Origin: Bisgaard Taxon 45
GTDB taxonomy: Bacteria > Pseudomonadota > Gammaproteobacteria > Enterobacterales > Pasteurellaceae
Assembly (NCBI GenBank): GCA_049888895.1
Contig: JBLUWJ010000002.1
Coordinates: 104,925-144,924, forward strand
Length of the DNA: 40,000 nt
Direction of reading: 5' to 3'
Positions 17,422 through 26,499 of the stretch are shown in pieces. The notes under the pieces are model-generated. The model was not told the origin of the DNA, made no database searches, and saw only the letters and a list, made by a program, of their open reading frames with translations. The first letter of the stretch is position 1. The number at the start of each line of letters is the position of its first letter. A program made the position numbers and the translations under genes.

Positions 17422-18684
17422 ATGTTAAAAAGAAGTATGAACATCGCTGATTACGATCCGGTTTTATGGCAGGCAATTCAAGACGAAAATCGTCGCCAAG
17501 AAGAACACATTGAATTAATTGCATCAGAAAACTATGCCAGCCCACGCGTGATGGAAGCGCAAGGTTCTCAATTTACCAATAAATATGCGGAAGGTTACCC
17601 AGGTAAACGTTATTACGGTGGTTGTGAATATGCCGATATCGTTGAGCAATTAGCCATTGATCGTGCAAAAGAATTGTTTGATGCGGATTATGTGAATGTA
17701 CAACCGCACTCTGGATCACAAGCCAACGCGGCAGTGTATGGTGCCTTATTACAGCCACACGATACCATTCTTGGTATGAGCCTTGCGCATGGTGGTCACT
17801 TAACGCATGGTGCATCAGTCAGCTTCTCAGGCAAAATCTATAACGCAGTACAATATGGGATTACGGCTGACGGTTTAATTGACTATGAAGATGTACGTCA
17901 AAAGGCATTAGAATGTAAACCAAAAATGATCGTGGCGGGTTTTTCTGCGTATTCTCAAGTGGTGGATTGGGCGAAAATGCGTGAAATCGCAGATGAAGTG
18001 GGGGCTTATCTTTTCGTGGATATGGCACACGTGGCAGGGCTTATCGCGGCAGGTGTTTACCCAAGTCCATTACCACATGCACATATTGTGACTACAACTA
18101 CACATAAAACCTTAGGTGGACCACGTGGTGGACTAATCCTTTCTAATGCGAAAGACGAAGATCTCTATAAAAAATTACAAAGCTCCGTCTTCCCAGCCAA
18201 CCAAGGTGGGCCATTAGTGCATGTAATCGCCGCAAAAGCAGTCTGTTTTAAAGAAGCTCTTGAACCAGAATACAAAGTGTATCAACAACAAGTGGTGAAA
18301 AATGCGAAAGCCATGGTGGAGGTGTTTAAACAACGTGGTTATAACGTGGTATCCAATGGTACAGAAAACCATTTATTCTTAGTGGATTTAGTCAGTCACG
18401 GTTTAACAGGGAAAGCGGCAGATGCGGCGTTAGGCAGTGCAAACATTACTGTCAACAAAAATGCGGTGCCAAACGATCCACAAAAACCATTCGTGACATC
18501 AGGTATCCGTGTCGGCACACCTTCTATTACTCGTCGTGGCTTTAAAGAAGCCGAATCGGCAGAATTAGCCGGTTGGATGTGTGATGTGTTAGATGCGATG
18601 GGTAAAGACAACGAAGCACAAGTGATTGCACAGACAAAAGAGAAAGTCTTAGCAATTTGTAAACGTCTTCCTGTTTATGCTTAA
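17422..18684 (+). CDS. glyA: Serine hydroxymethyltransferase GlyA
   Basis: [38 protein letters not shown].. and the PLP-lysine block [14 protein letters not shown]. Confidence 0.96.
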   Translation: MLKRSMNIADYDPVLWQAIQDENRRQEEHIELIASENYASPRVMEAQGSQFTNKYAEGYPGKRYYGGCEYADIVEQLAIDRAKELFDADYVNVQPHSGSQANAAVYGALLQPHDTILGMSLAHGGHLTHGASVSFSGKIYNAVQYGITADGLIDYEDVRQKALECKPKMIVAGFSAYSQVVDWAKMREIADEVGAYLFVDMAHVAGLIAAGVYPSPLPHAHIVTTTTHKTLGGPRGGLILSNAKDEDLYKKLQSSVFPANQGGPLVHVIAAKAVCFKEALEPEYKVYQQQVVKNAKAMVEVFKQRGYNVVSNGTENHLFLVDLVSHGLTGKAADAALGSANITVNKNAVPNDPQKPFVTSGIRVGTPSITRRGFKEAESAELAGWMCDVLDAMGKDNEAQVIAQTKEKVLAICKRLPVYA

Positions 18685-18707
18685 TTGACTTTTTACTAGA
18701 TAACGAC

Positions 18708-18738
18708 ATAAGCGGTGTTTATCACCGCTTATTTTTTG
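18708..18738 (+). terminator. Rho-independent terminator after glyA
   Basis: ATAAGCGGTG..CACCGCTTAT stem followed by TTTTT. Confidence 0.8.
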
Positions 18739-18769
18739 TCCTCAATCTTTTACTCACCTTAAACAAGCA

Positions 18770-18806
18770 AAATAAAAAACGGTCTGAAATTTTTCAACTT
18801 CAGACC
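18770..18806 (-). terminator. Rho-independent terminator after secF
   Basis: GGTCTGAA..TTCAGACC stem; a T-run follows on the minus strand. Confidence 0.75.
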
Positions 18807-18812
18807 GCACTT
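18804..18812 (-). repeat. Uptake signal sequence core (ACCGCACTT on plus strand)
   Basis: Exact reverse complement of AAGTGCGGT; overlaps the terminator stem. Confidence 0.9.
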
Positions 18813-18825
18813 AGATTGACTTCAC

Positions 18826-19797
18826 TTAAGGGAGCTGATCAATCTCATCGTTATCCACTTTTGGTGGTAACATATGTTCACGTTTCAAGCCTAAGTCATA
18901 AGCAAGCGCAATTGCGACGAAAATAGAGGAGTAGGTACCAAAACCAATCCCAATCAATAACGCAACGGAAAAACTGTGAATACTCGGGCCACCGAATAAT
19001 AACAAGGACACCACGACGATAATGGTTGTCGCAGAGGTCATTAATGTTCTTGATAAGGTTTGTGACAGTGAGATATTGATAATATCGAGTACATCTGTTC
19101 GTCTAATTTTACGGATGTTTTCTCGCACACGGTCAAAGACGACAATACTGTCATTGAGTGAGTAACCGACCACAGTGAGAATCGCGGCAACAAAGGTTAA
19201 ATTCATCTCAATTTGCAGTAAAGAGAATAGACCAAGTGTCACTAATACATCATGGGCTAAGGAGGCAACGGCACCGAGTGCTAAGCGCCATTCAAAGCGC
19301 ATGCCGATATAAACTAATAACATTAATAATGTTGCTAAGGTGGCATAGATGGCAGATTGTGTTAATTCTTCACCTACGTTTGGTCCCACAAACTCAATAC
19401 TATGTACTGTCACGTTTTTATCCACTGTTGCGGCAAACAGTTCTTTAATATTGTTACCAATATTGGCATCACTGACTGCGGCAGGTAAACGGATAATAAT
19501 ATCGCGTACACTACCTGAGTTTTGTACGATAGCACCTTCAATGCCCTTTTGTTCAAGGGTGAGACGCACTTTATCTAACTCGGCAGGTTGAGAAAAACTC
19601 ATATCAATGACTGTTCCACCAGTAAAATCGAGCCCCCAGTTAAAGCCTTTGGTCACAATAAAAAAGAGGGACGCGACTATGACTAAAATAGACAGTAAAT
19701 AACCCCATTTACGGTAAGCCATAAAGTGAATTAAGCGATAGGGCAGTTTAATATTGCTCAATTCAGGTACCTCTTTTTTTTCTGTAAATAAACTCAC
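18826..19797 (-). CDS. secF: Protein translocase subunit SecF
   Basis: 323 aa, the same length as E. coli SecF. GLDFTGGT motif and six TM segments. Confidence 0.94.
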   Translation of the reverse strand: MSLFTEKKEVPELSNIKLPYRLIHFMAYRKWGYLLSILVIVASLFFIVTKGFNWGLDFTGGTVIDMSFSQPAELDKVRLTLEQKGIEGAIVQNSGSVRDIIIRLPAAVSDANIGNNIKELFAATVDKNVTVHSIEFVGPNVGEELTQSAIYATLATLLMLLVYIGMRFEWRLALGAVASLAHDVLVTLGLFSLLQIEMNLTFVAAILTVVGYSLNDSIVVFDRVRENIRKIRRTDVLDIINISLSQTLSRTLMTSATTIIVVVSLLLFGGPSIHSFSVALLIGIGFGTYSSIFVAIALAYDLGLKREHMLPPKVDNDEIDQLP

Positions 19798-19807
19798 ACT
19801 ATCCTCG

Positions 19808-21658
19808 CTAAATTGACAATTTGTTTATACGTTTACCACCGTATAGGAAGTTGACGATTGCGCGTGTGCCAACAATTGCAGTAAACATGGAAATCCCTAC
19901 CCCGAGGGCAAGTGTAATCGCAAAGCCTTTCACTGGTCCCGATCCAACCGCATAAAGAATCACTGAGGTAAGAATGGTCGTTAAGTTTGCATCAAAGATA
20001 CTGGTAAATGCGCCAGAATAGCCTTCATGAATGGCTTGTTGAACAGGTCTGCCGTTGCGAATTTCTTCTTTAATCCGCTCAAAGATCAGTACGTTCGCAT
20101 CAATGGACATTCCAACAGACAGCACGATCCCCGCAATCCCTGGCATGGATAACGTTGCTCCCGGCAGTAACGACATTAAACCCACAACCAACACAATATT
20201 CGCAATCAGCGCAATATTGGCGATCAAACCAAATTTACGATAATAAAGTGTCATGAACACAATGACGGCGAGTAAGCCCCAGAAACTGGCTTCTAAACCT
20301 TGACGCACATTTTCTGCGCCTAATGATGGCCCAATAGTGCGTTCTTCGACAATCTGAATTGGCGCAATTAAGGCACCAGAACGGAGAAGAACCGCAAGAT
20401 TTAATGCTTCTGCTGGGCTGTCAATCCCAGTGATTTGGAATTGGCTACCAAAACGCCCTTGAATTGTGGCCACGTTAATCACTTCTTCGTGTTTTTCTAA
20501 GATGGCTTTGCCATTTTCATCTTTTTTGCCGCTGTCTTTATATTCGACATATAAGGTTGCCATCGGTTTTTTTAGATTCAAACGGGTGGCTTGCGACATG
20601 ATTTCACCGCCTTCGCTGTCTAAGGTCACACTGACCTGCGGACGTGAAGTTTGTTGATCAACCCCAGAACTCGCGTTAGTAATATGTTCACCACCTAGCA
20701 CTGCTCTTTTATAGAGTACAACTGGGCGGCCATGACGATCCAATTTGACTTCGGAATCATTTGGCACAAAGCCGCGTGTGGCGGAATCAAGATTGACATT
20801 TTCATTCACTAAACGGAATTCTAAGGTCGCCGTTGCCCCGAGGATCTCTTTCGCGCGAGCAGTATCTTGTACACCCGGTAGTTCCACTACAATACGTTCC
20901 GCGCCTTGACGTTGAATCACGGCTTCAGACACGCCCAATTCAGACACACGTTTACGTAAAATCGTCAAGTTTTGCTCAATAGCACTTTCACGCGATTCAT
21001 TAAGAGCGGTCTCAGAAAGCGTTAATGCTAAGGTATTGTCTGACACGCTTTTTATCTCTAAATTATGATGCTGTTTACGTAAAAAGCGTTGTACTTCATC
21101 CCGTTGTTCAGGCTTTAATAAGGTGACGAGTGTACTGAAATTTTCAGCAGATTTAATCCCCGTATACTGATATTTTTCTTTACGTAATTGGGTGCGCAAG
21201 CTGTCTTGTAATTGTTCTTGGCGCTTATGTAAAGCTGACTTCATATCCACTTCCATTAAGAAGCGAACGCCACCACGTAAGTCTAATCCCCATTTCATTG
21301 GGTAGGCACCGACTGACGTAAGCCACGTTGGTGTAGCTGGTGCAAGGTTTAAGGCAACAGAATAGCCGTGACCTAATTTTTCAGACAGTTTATCTTTGGC
21401 AAGTAATTGATCATCAGTATTGTGAAAACGGGCAAGAATAGAGCCATTTTCTAAAATAATCGATTTGGTTTCTAAGTTGTTTTGATTTAATAAAGTTTGG
21501 ACTTCACTAAATATTTGAGTATTGGTTTCTTGTCCTCGGGTACCAGAAATTTGTACCGCAGGATCTTCACCATAAAGATTTGGAAGAGAGTATAAAACGC
21601 CAATGGCGATCACGAGGATCACCATTAGGTTCTTCCAAAGAGGGTAACGATTTAACAT
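19808..21658 (-). CDS. secD: Protein translocase subunit SecD
   Basis: 616 aa. MLNRYPLWKNLMVI.., GLDLRGGV, large periplasmic loop and C-terminal 5-TM bundle. Confidence 0.94.
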   Translation of the reverse strand: MLNRYPLWKNLMVILVIAIGVLYSLPNLYGEDPAVQISGTRGQETNTQIFSEVQTLLNQNNLETKSIILENGSILARFHNTDDQLLAKDKLSEKLGHGYSVALNLAPATPTWLTSVGAYPMKWGLDLRGGVRFLMEVDMKSALHKRQEQLQDSLRTQLRKEKYQYTGIKSAENFSTLVTLLKPEQRDEVQRFLRKQHHNLEIKSVSDNTLALTLSETALNESRESAIEQNLTILRKRVSELGVSEAVIQRQGAERIVVELPGVQDTARAKEILGATATLEFRLVNENVNLDSATRGFVPNDSEVKLDRHGRPVVLYKRAVLGGEHITNASSGVDQQTSRPQVSVTLDSEGGEIMSQATRLNLKKPMATLYVEYKDSGKKDENGKAILEKHEEVINVATIQGRFGSQFQITGIDSPAEALNLAVLLRSGALIAPIQIVEERTIGPSLGAENVRQGLEASFWGLLAVIVFMTLYYRKFGLIANIALIANIVLVVGLMSLLPGATLSMPGIAGIVLSVGMSIDANVLIFERIKEEIRNGRPVQQAIHEGYSGAFTSIFDANLTTILTSVILYAVGSGPVKGFAITLALGVGISMFTAIVGTRAIVNFLYGGKRINKLSI

Positions 21659-21683
21659 AGTTTTCCCTTTTAGGAATGAAAAA

Positions 21684-21980
21684 TTAAGATTTTAATGAGC
21701 CTTTTGGTAACACTGCAACAACGTAGTTGCGATTGATGGTGACTTCCGTTGTCGCATTTAATGCGATGATGATACTATCACTATCTGGTGATACTTTGGT
21801 AATACGACCGATTAACCCCCCCGCGATCAAGACTTCTGTGCCTTTTGCTAATTCAGACATTAATTTTTTGTGTTCTTTATTACGTTTCGCTTGCGGACGA
21901 TAGATCATGAAATAGAAAATCAGTCCGAAGATCACGAAAATAAATAACATTGACATTGGGCTACCTTGTTGAGCTTCCAT
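21684..21980 (-). CDS. yajC: Preprotein translocase subunit YajC
   Basis: QGSPMSMLFIFVIFGLIFYFMIYRPQAKRNKEHKKLMSELAKG..VLPKG parallels E. coli YajC. Confidence 0.92.
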   Translation of the reverse strand: MEAQQGSPMSMLFIFVIFGLIFYFMIYRPQAKRNKEHKKLMSELAKGTEVLIAGGLIGRITKVSPDSDSIIIALNATTEVTINRNYVVAVLPKGSLKS

Positions 21981-22228
21981 TTGTTATTTCCCTTCTTAAA
22001 AGTAAAATTAAAACATAAATTTGACGAAAAAATCGCTTGCTAAAAATACCATAAAATCCAATCAAGTGAAAGGAATTGCATTATTTTACTGTGGATCAGG
22101 ACTGTCAAATTCTCTCTTTATCTTGAAATAATAGCATTGTATCCTTTCTCTCAGAAGTGAATGGATTGGCGTTGGTGAGACAGGCGATAATCACATCATT
22201 TTAACATCGCTAAGTGGAAGGAGGCGTT

Positions 22229-22570
22229 ATGCATGAAATGTCTTTATGTGAAAGTATTATGCGTATTATTGAGAAAGAAGGTGCACGCAACCAAATAAGC
22301 CAAATAACCGATTTATGGTTAGAATTAGGCACATTCTCTTGCGTTGAAAAATCGTCATTACAGTTTTGTTTTGAAATAATGTGCAGAGGAACCATCGCTG
22401 AAAATTGCCGTTTACACATTATTGATGTGCCAGTAGAAGCATGGTGTTGGCAATGTAAAAAGAACGTTGAAATGAAAATTGGTCATGCATATTGCCCTAA
22501 TTGTGGTAATCCTCAGTTGCAAATTCAACATGGCAATGTGCTGAGAATTAAGGAAATGGCTGTGAAATAG
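22229..22570 (+). CDS. hypA: Hydrogenase nickel-insertion metallochaperone HypA
   Basis: 113 aa. N-terminal MHE nickel motif (MHEMSLCESI). Zinc site CWQC..CPNCG. SD GGAAGGAGG precedes the ATG at 22229. The ORF-track start at 22214 is a GTG inside the SD. Confidence 0.88.
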   Translation: MHEMSLCESIMRIIEKEGARNQISQITDLWLELGTFSCVEKSSLQFCFEIMCRGTIAENCRLHIIDVPVEAWCWQCKKNVEMKIGHAYCPNCGNPQLQIQHGNVLRIKEMAVK

Positions 22571-23210
22571 CGGGCATATGAATGATATCGGTAGCGATGT
22601 TTTGAATAAAAGCCATATCATGTGAGGCAATGATCATCGGCAGATTTGTTTGTAGAAGGGTGTTCATTAAACGCGTGACATTGTTTGGATCGAGTCCATT
22701 TGTTGGTTCATCAAGTAATAGGACTTGAGGTTGCATCGCTAAGACGCCAGCCAATGCCGTAAAGTTTTTTTCCCCGCCAGATAAGTGATTGACAGCCCGC
22801 ATCGCTAAGTGCGAGATCCCCAGTTGAGCCAAATGCTTTTCCGCGATGGCGTATGCCTCTTGTTTTGGTTTACCTTGGTTTAACGGACCAAATGCCACAT
22901 CATCAAGCACAGTCGGTCCAAACAGCTGATCATCAGGGTGTTGGAAAAGTAAACCAATTTTTCCTCGTTTTTGAGCAAAGTGTTTTTCGCTGTGACAGGC
23001 TTCCCCTAATAAATAAATCTTCCCATCAAACGGAATAAAACCTAATAATGTATGTAATAAGGTCGTTTTCCCACATCCAATCGGACCGCATAAACAGAGA
23101 CGTTGCTGTGCTTGAAGTGTAAGATTCACTTGATTTAGTAGTGTTTTTCCTTGCCTAATTACAGATAAATTCTCAGTGCGAATCATCACATTTTCGGTTT
23201 GATTTATCAT
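22548..23210 (-). CDS. nikO: ECF-type Ni/Co transporter ATPase component (NikO/CbiO)
   Basis: Walker A GPIGCGKTT, signature LSGGEKN, Walker B LLLDEPTNGLD. An alternative start lies at 23186. Its 3' end overlaps the hypA 3' end by 23 nt (convergent). Confidence 0.85.
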   Translation of the reverse strand: MINQTENVMIRTENLSVIRQGKTLLNQVNLTLQAQQRLCLCGPIGCGKTTLLHTLLGFIPFDGKIYLLGEACHSEKHFAQKRGKIGLLFQHPDDQLFGPTVLDDVAFGPLNQGKPKQEAYAIAEKHLAQLGISHLAMRAVNHLSGGEKNFTALAGVLAMQPQVLLLDEPTNGLDPNNVTRLMNTLLQTNLPMIIASHDMAFIQNIATDIIHMPAISQPFP

Positions 23211-23799
23211 AACAAAATCCTCTGGCTCTTAAGGCTTTATCAATATTTTCCGCTTTATACAGCGCATGAATTAATAATAGTGTGACACGCTGTGAAATTA
23301 CATAGAGGGTTCTTTTATTACAACCAGCCTGAAACCCTCGGGCGAGCATGGCGCGTTCTAAAGTGCGGTTTGTTTCTGCAAAAATTTTAATATAGCGTAG
23401 TGTCAGCAACGCAAGGTGGGCAAATTTTGTTGGAATCCAAGGATGTTGCAAGATCTGGACAAGCTGTAATTCGGAGAGATCTTGGAGTAACACGCGGATC
23501 ATAAGCGTGATTAAATTCATTTTGGCAATGAGTAAAAACGCTAACTCTTCACTTTCTTGAGAGTAGTGCCAACCATTACTCCATTCATAGCGCATTGACA
23601 ACCAAAGTAATACACTAAACAGATTGAATAAGGCTAGAAATTTGAAGGCAGAAACTAATTTGTTTTCTTGGTGTTTTTGATAGAGAAAAATAGTAAGAAT
23701 GGGCAGTAATAATATGAATATCATGCTTAATTGAGAAATGCTACTCAAGATAAGCGCGAAAAAAATGGCAGAATAAAAACGTTGACTTGGGCTAAACAT
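23173..23799 (-). CDS. nikQ: ECF transporter transmembrane (T) component NikQ/CbiQ
   Basis: 208-aa polytopic membrane protein in the CbiQ position, with a C-terminal ARG..ALRARG-type motif. Confidence 0.75.
   Translation of the reverse strand: MFSPSQRFYSAIFFALILSSISQLSMIFILLLPILTIFLYQKHQENKLVSAFKFLALFNLFSVLLWLSMRYEWSNGWHYSQESEELAFLLIAKMNLITLMIRVLLQDLSELQLVQILQHPWIPTKFAHLALLTLRYIKIFAETNRTLERAMLARGFQAGCNKRTLYVISQRVTLLLIHALYKAENIDKALRARGFCYDKSNRKCDDSH
23361..23369 (+). repeat. Uptake signal sequence core AAGTGCGGT (inside nikQ, antisense)
   Basis: Exact 9-mer. Confidence 0.9.
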
Positions 23800-24418
23800 G
23801 GTGTTTCTGGCTCACTAAATTAAGCATATCTGGTTGCATTTTTTGTAGGAGGAGAATCACGCTACAGCCAATAAGGCTATCGACAAACATAACGGGTAAA
23901 TGGCTGATAAATAATAAATAAATGAGTTCGACATAGTGTTTACCGCCATCAAGAAATAAGATGGTTGCGGTAATACATAATGCACCGACAATACCGATAA
24001 TCGCAGCTAATGTGCCAGCAATAATGAGTTGAGTTCGGTTAGCCTGTGCAGAAATAAGGGGGCGTAATAGATAATGTGCGAGTAGAGCAGAAAAGCCCAT
24101 ACTACATAAATTGGCCCCTAATACCGCAAATCCTCCGAAAGAAAAAAAGATAACCTGTAAAAGTAGAGCAATCAAAAAGGCGGGGAAAACAGTCCAACCA
24201 AGGAATAATCCTGCAATTCCATTTAAGATTAAGTGTACGCTACCGACTCCAACGGGAACATGAATGGTACTGGCAACAAAAAAAGTTGCTGCCAAAAGCG
24301 CACTCAAGGGTAATTTCTCATGTTGTAAACGACGTAAGCCTAACCCAACCGCACCTAGTGCAATAAGGTTGGTCGTGAGTAGTGTGGGGAGATGAAGAAT
24401 CCCTTCAGATAGATGCAT
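23792..24418 (-). CDS. nikM: Ni/Co ECF transporter substrate-capture component NikM/CbiM
   Basis: The N-terminus MHLSEGIL is the metal-ligating Met1-His2 motif of CbiM/NikM. 208 aa with multiple TM helices. Confidence 0.85.
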   Translation of the reverse strand: MHLSEGILHLPTLLTTNLIALGAVGLGLRRLQHEKLPLSALLAATFFVASTIHVPVGVGSVHLILNGIAGLFLGWTVFPAFLIALLLQVIFFSFGGFAVLGANLCSMGFSALLAHYLLRPLISAQANRTQLIIAGTLAAIIGIVGALCITATILFLDGGKHYVELIYLLFISHLPVMFVDSLIGCSVILLLQKMQPDMLNLVSQKHHV

Positions 24419-24426
24419 AATTCCTC

Positions 24427-24894
24427 TTATTTTTTAGCTTGTCGGCGCCATAATAAGACGCCGACCAAACCGAAAATATAACCGATACCACCTAAAATAT
24501 CGTGCCAATAAATCTTGTGCGCTAATTGGGCGATATCTTTACGTAACTGGGTAAATTCATCACAAGATGGCATATTTACTGCCGTATTTGATGCCACTTT
24601 GGGGACATTTAAGGTTGCTTTATGACCCTCTGCACCTTCGACGACAAGGACATAGGATTTGTCATTGGGGAGCGTAATTGAAATATGACCTTTTTTGTCA
24701 CTCATTGTTTCAATCACAGGCGTTTTTAAGTCATTTTCATTAAATACCGCAACATAGTGTTCTGCAGCGGGCGTCATGTCAGAATAATAGGTATCCCCCT
24801 GAAGTTGAGTGCCTTGCTGTTGTGCAACAACATAAAGTGCATGTGCAAATACGACTTGGGGGAAAAAGAATAATAACAGCAAGAGCACTCTCAT
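24427..24894 (-). CDS. nikL: NikL/CbiL-type accessory protein (signal peptide, periplasmic beta domain, C-terminal TM anchor)
   Basis: 155 aa. Sits between nikK and nikM, as in the nikKLMQO/cbiKLMQO operons of Pasteurellaceae. Confidence 0.65.
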   Translation of the reverse strand: MRVLLLLLFFFPQVVFAHALYVVAQQQGTQLQGDTYYSDMTPAAEHYVAVFNENDLKTPVIETMSDKKGHISITLPNDKSYVLVVEGAEGHKATLNVPKVASNTAVNMPSCDEFTQLRKDIAQLAHKIYWHDILGGIGYIFGLVGVLLWRRQAKK

Positions 24895-24895
24895 G

Positions 24896-25579
24896 TTATT
24901 TCACCTCGAAGGTTAGCATGTATTCGACACTGACTTGATCATAGTCTGGGTTATCTTTGGTATCTGTGGCAAATTCAGACCAGACTTTATTCATGCCAGC
25001 CGTTGGTGTGTAGTAAGCAATACCTTGATCATTGGTTTTTTCAGAAGGTAAATCTTCACCTAGACCGATTGGAATACCTGCGGCAGGTTTGCCGTCAACT
25101 AAGGCTAAAATGGCTAATGGTTTGCCTACTTCTGGTTTTGCTTGTGGTACTAATTCATGTTGTTGACCATGGGCTTTTAGGAAATTGTCATCTTGTTTCA
25201 AGACGGCTTTTCCCCCTTTTCTTGCCGCGACACAACTGACGGCATCTGGGGTATTTTTCTTAGTTTGCTCAACCCATTTCCCATTGGCTTTTTTACACCA
25301 AACGCCATTGTCAAAAGCAAGTAAAACTAATGATGTTTTTTCTGGCGTTGTCAGATAGGCTTCACCTTTTTTAAAGGTCGCTTTTAAGGTTTCTTGAGTA
25401 GCATCACCAAGAACAGCAACGGTTTTAGTCAGTTTATGTTCTGGGTAACTTTCCGTCTTTTCATGACCAAATTTCACAACGTATTCATGAGGTTGATTAC
25501 TGCTTTCTAACCAAACATTGTGTGCCATGGTAACGGCGCTAAGCGTCATGAGTGCGGTTGATAAAAGTAATTTTTTCAT
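24896..25579 (-). CDS. nikK: Periplasmic DUF4198-type nickel-uptake protein NikK/CbiK
   Basis: 227 aa. Signal peptide, then mature N-terminus AHNVWLES.. typical of DUF4198. First gene of the operon. Confidence 0.7.
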   Translation of the reverse strand: MKKLLLSTALMTLSAVTMAHNVWLESSNQPHEYVVKFGHEKTESYPEHKLTKTVAVLGDATQETLKATFKKGEAYLTTPEKTSLVLLAFDNGVWCKKANGKWVEQTKKNTPDAVSCVAARKGGKAVLKQDDNFLKAHGQQHELVPQAKPEVGKPLAILALVDGKPAAGIPIGLGEDLPSEKTNDQGIAYYTPTAGMNKVWSEFATDTKDNPDYDQVSVEYMLTFEVK

Positions 25580-25621
25580 TATAATCTCCTTGTGCTTTAG
25601 GGTTTTTGGATGATTAAGCCG

Positions 25622-25652
25622 ATACTAAATTATGAAGTTACTTTAGGATCAA
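25622..25652 (-). promoter_or_regulatory. MerR-type promoter of the nik operon with an over-long 19-bp spacer
   Basis: The minus strand reads TTGATC, then 19 nt, then TAGTAT. The spacer carries the dyad CTAAA-N12-TTTAG. It sits in the 108-bp divergent region between nikK and the MerR-family gene. Confidence 0.5.
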
Positions 25653-25687
25653 GAGTTAATTGATAAAAACATGAGGTAAATCAAGAA

Positions 25688-26104
25688 ATGAAAATCGGTA
25701 AGTTAGCAAAAGCAGTAGGTTGTACGGTGGAAACGATACGATTTTACGAACAGCAAGGCTTGTTACCTCCTGTTGAACGGGGAGAGAATAACTTTCGTAG
25801 TTATACTATAGAACATTTGGAGCGGTTGAGTTTTATTCGATATTGTCGCTCTTTGGATATTTCTCTTGATGAAATCAAACAGCTGCTCAGTCTTGATCAA
25901 CATTCTCCAGCACAACAACAAGAAATCATAAAATTACTTGAGCACCATATCAAAGATATTACAAAACGTATTCATGAATTAGATCATTTACGTATGCGTT
26001 TCATTGAATTGAGAGGGGAATGTGCGCAAAAATCACAACATAAAGAGAAGTTATTGGAGAGCCTGTTGAAGCATCAAGGGATGAGAATTGCCGCACTGCG
26101 TTAA
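25688..26104 (+). CDS. nimR: MerR-family metalloregulator, NimR-like (nickel-responsive activator of nikKLMQO)
   Basis: MKIGKLAKAVGCTVETIRFYEQQGLLPP..FRSYT..L.FIR is the MerR HTH/wing, followed by a coiled-coil dimerisation helix. Divergent from the nik operon, as I recall for H. influenzae NimR. Confidence 0.7.
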   Translation: MKIGKLAKAVGCTVETIRFYEQQGLLPPVERGENNFRSYTIEHLERLSFIRYCRSLDISLDEIKQLLSLDQHSPAQQQEIIKLLEHHIKDITKRIHELDHLRMRFIELRGECAQKSQHKEKLLESLLKHQGMRIAALR

Positions 26105-26379
26105 TTTTGCAGGGAATTCAATCCTAGAAAATCGCTGACTTCATGCTCTAGTTCACTCATTGTGAGTAAGGTTTCAAGGGTTTGTTGGGCTTCTGTTTCA
26201 TCAAGCAAACTCATCGCAAACCCAACATGGATAAGAACCCATTTATTCAGTACATCCTGTTCATTGTTTTGACAAATCAGTGAAATATTGATTTCGCGTT
26301 GCACACTGCAAACATCAGCGATAGCCATACCTTTGTTTTCACTTAACTTCACGATTTTTCCGGGGACACCTAAACACAT
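26101..26379 (-). CDS. hypC: Hydrogenase maturation chaperone HypC/HybG family
   Basis: Starts MCLGVPGKIV (essential Cys2). 92 aa. I trimmed the 12 upstream codons shown in the ORF track. Its stop overlaps the nimR stop (TTAA, 4 nt). Confidence 0.85.
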   Translation of the reverse strand: MCLGVPGKIVKLSENKGMAIADVCSVQREINISLICQNNEQDVLNKWVLIHVGFAMSLLDETEAQQTLETLLTMSELEHEVSDFLGLNSLQN

Positions 26380-26441
26380 CTCACTTCCTTCTATTAGGAC
26401 AACATTTCTTTTCACTTAACAAATAATAGGACAGAGATAAA

Positions 26442-26492
26442 AAAGTACCGCACTTTATCGGTCTGATAGCACCTCATCAACTACGGTACTTT
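26442..26492 (-). terminator. Possible terminator after fdhF
   Basis: AAAGTACCG..CGGTACTTT 9-bp arms with a long 33-nt loop, followed by a T-run on the minus strand. Contains a USS. Confidence 0.4.
26447..26455 (-). repeat. Uptake signal sequence core (ACCGCACTT on plus strand)
   Basis: Exact reverse complement of AAGTGCGGT. Confidence 0.9.
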
Positions 26493-26499
26493 GTTTATC

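Noticed and set aside
21981-22228. Regulatory sites (FNR box, Ni-responsive operator) or a small gene in the 248-bp yajC-hypA divergent region
   Set aside because: By eye I found no convincing TTGAT-N4-ATCAA, palindrome or ORF with an SD. I left it unannotated.
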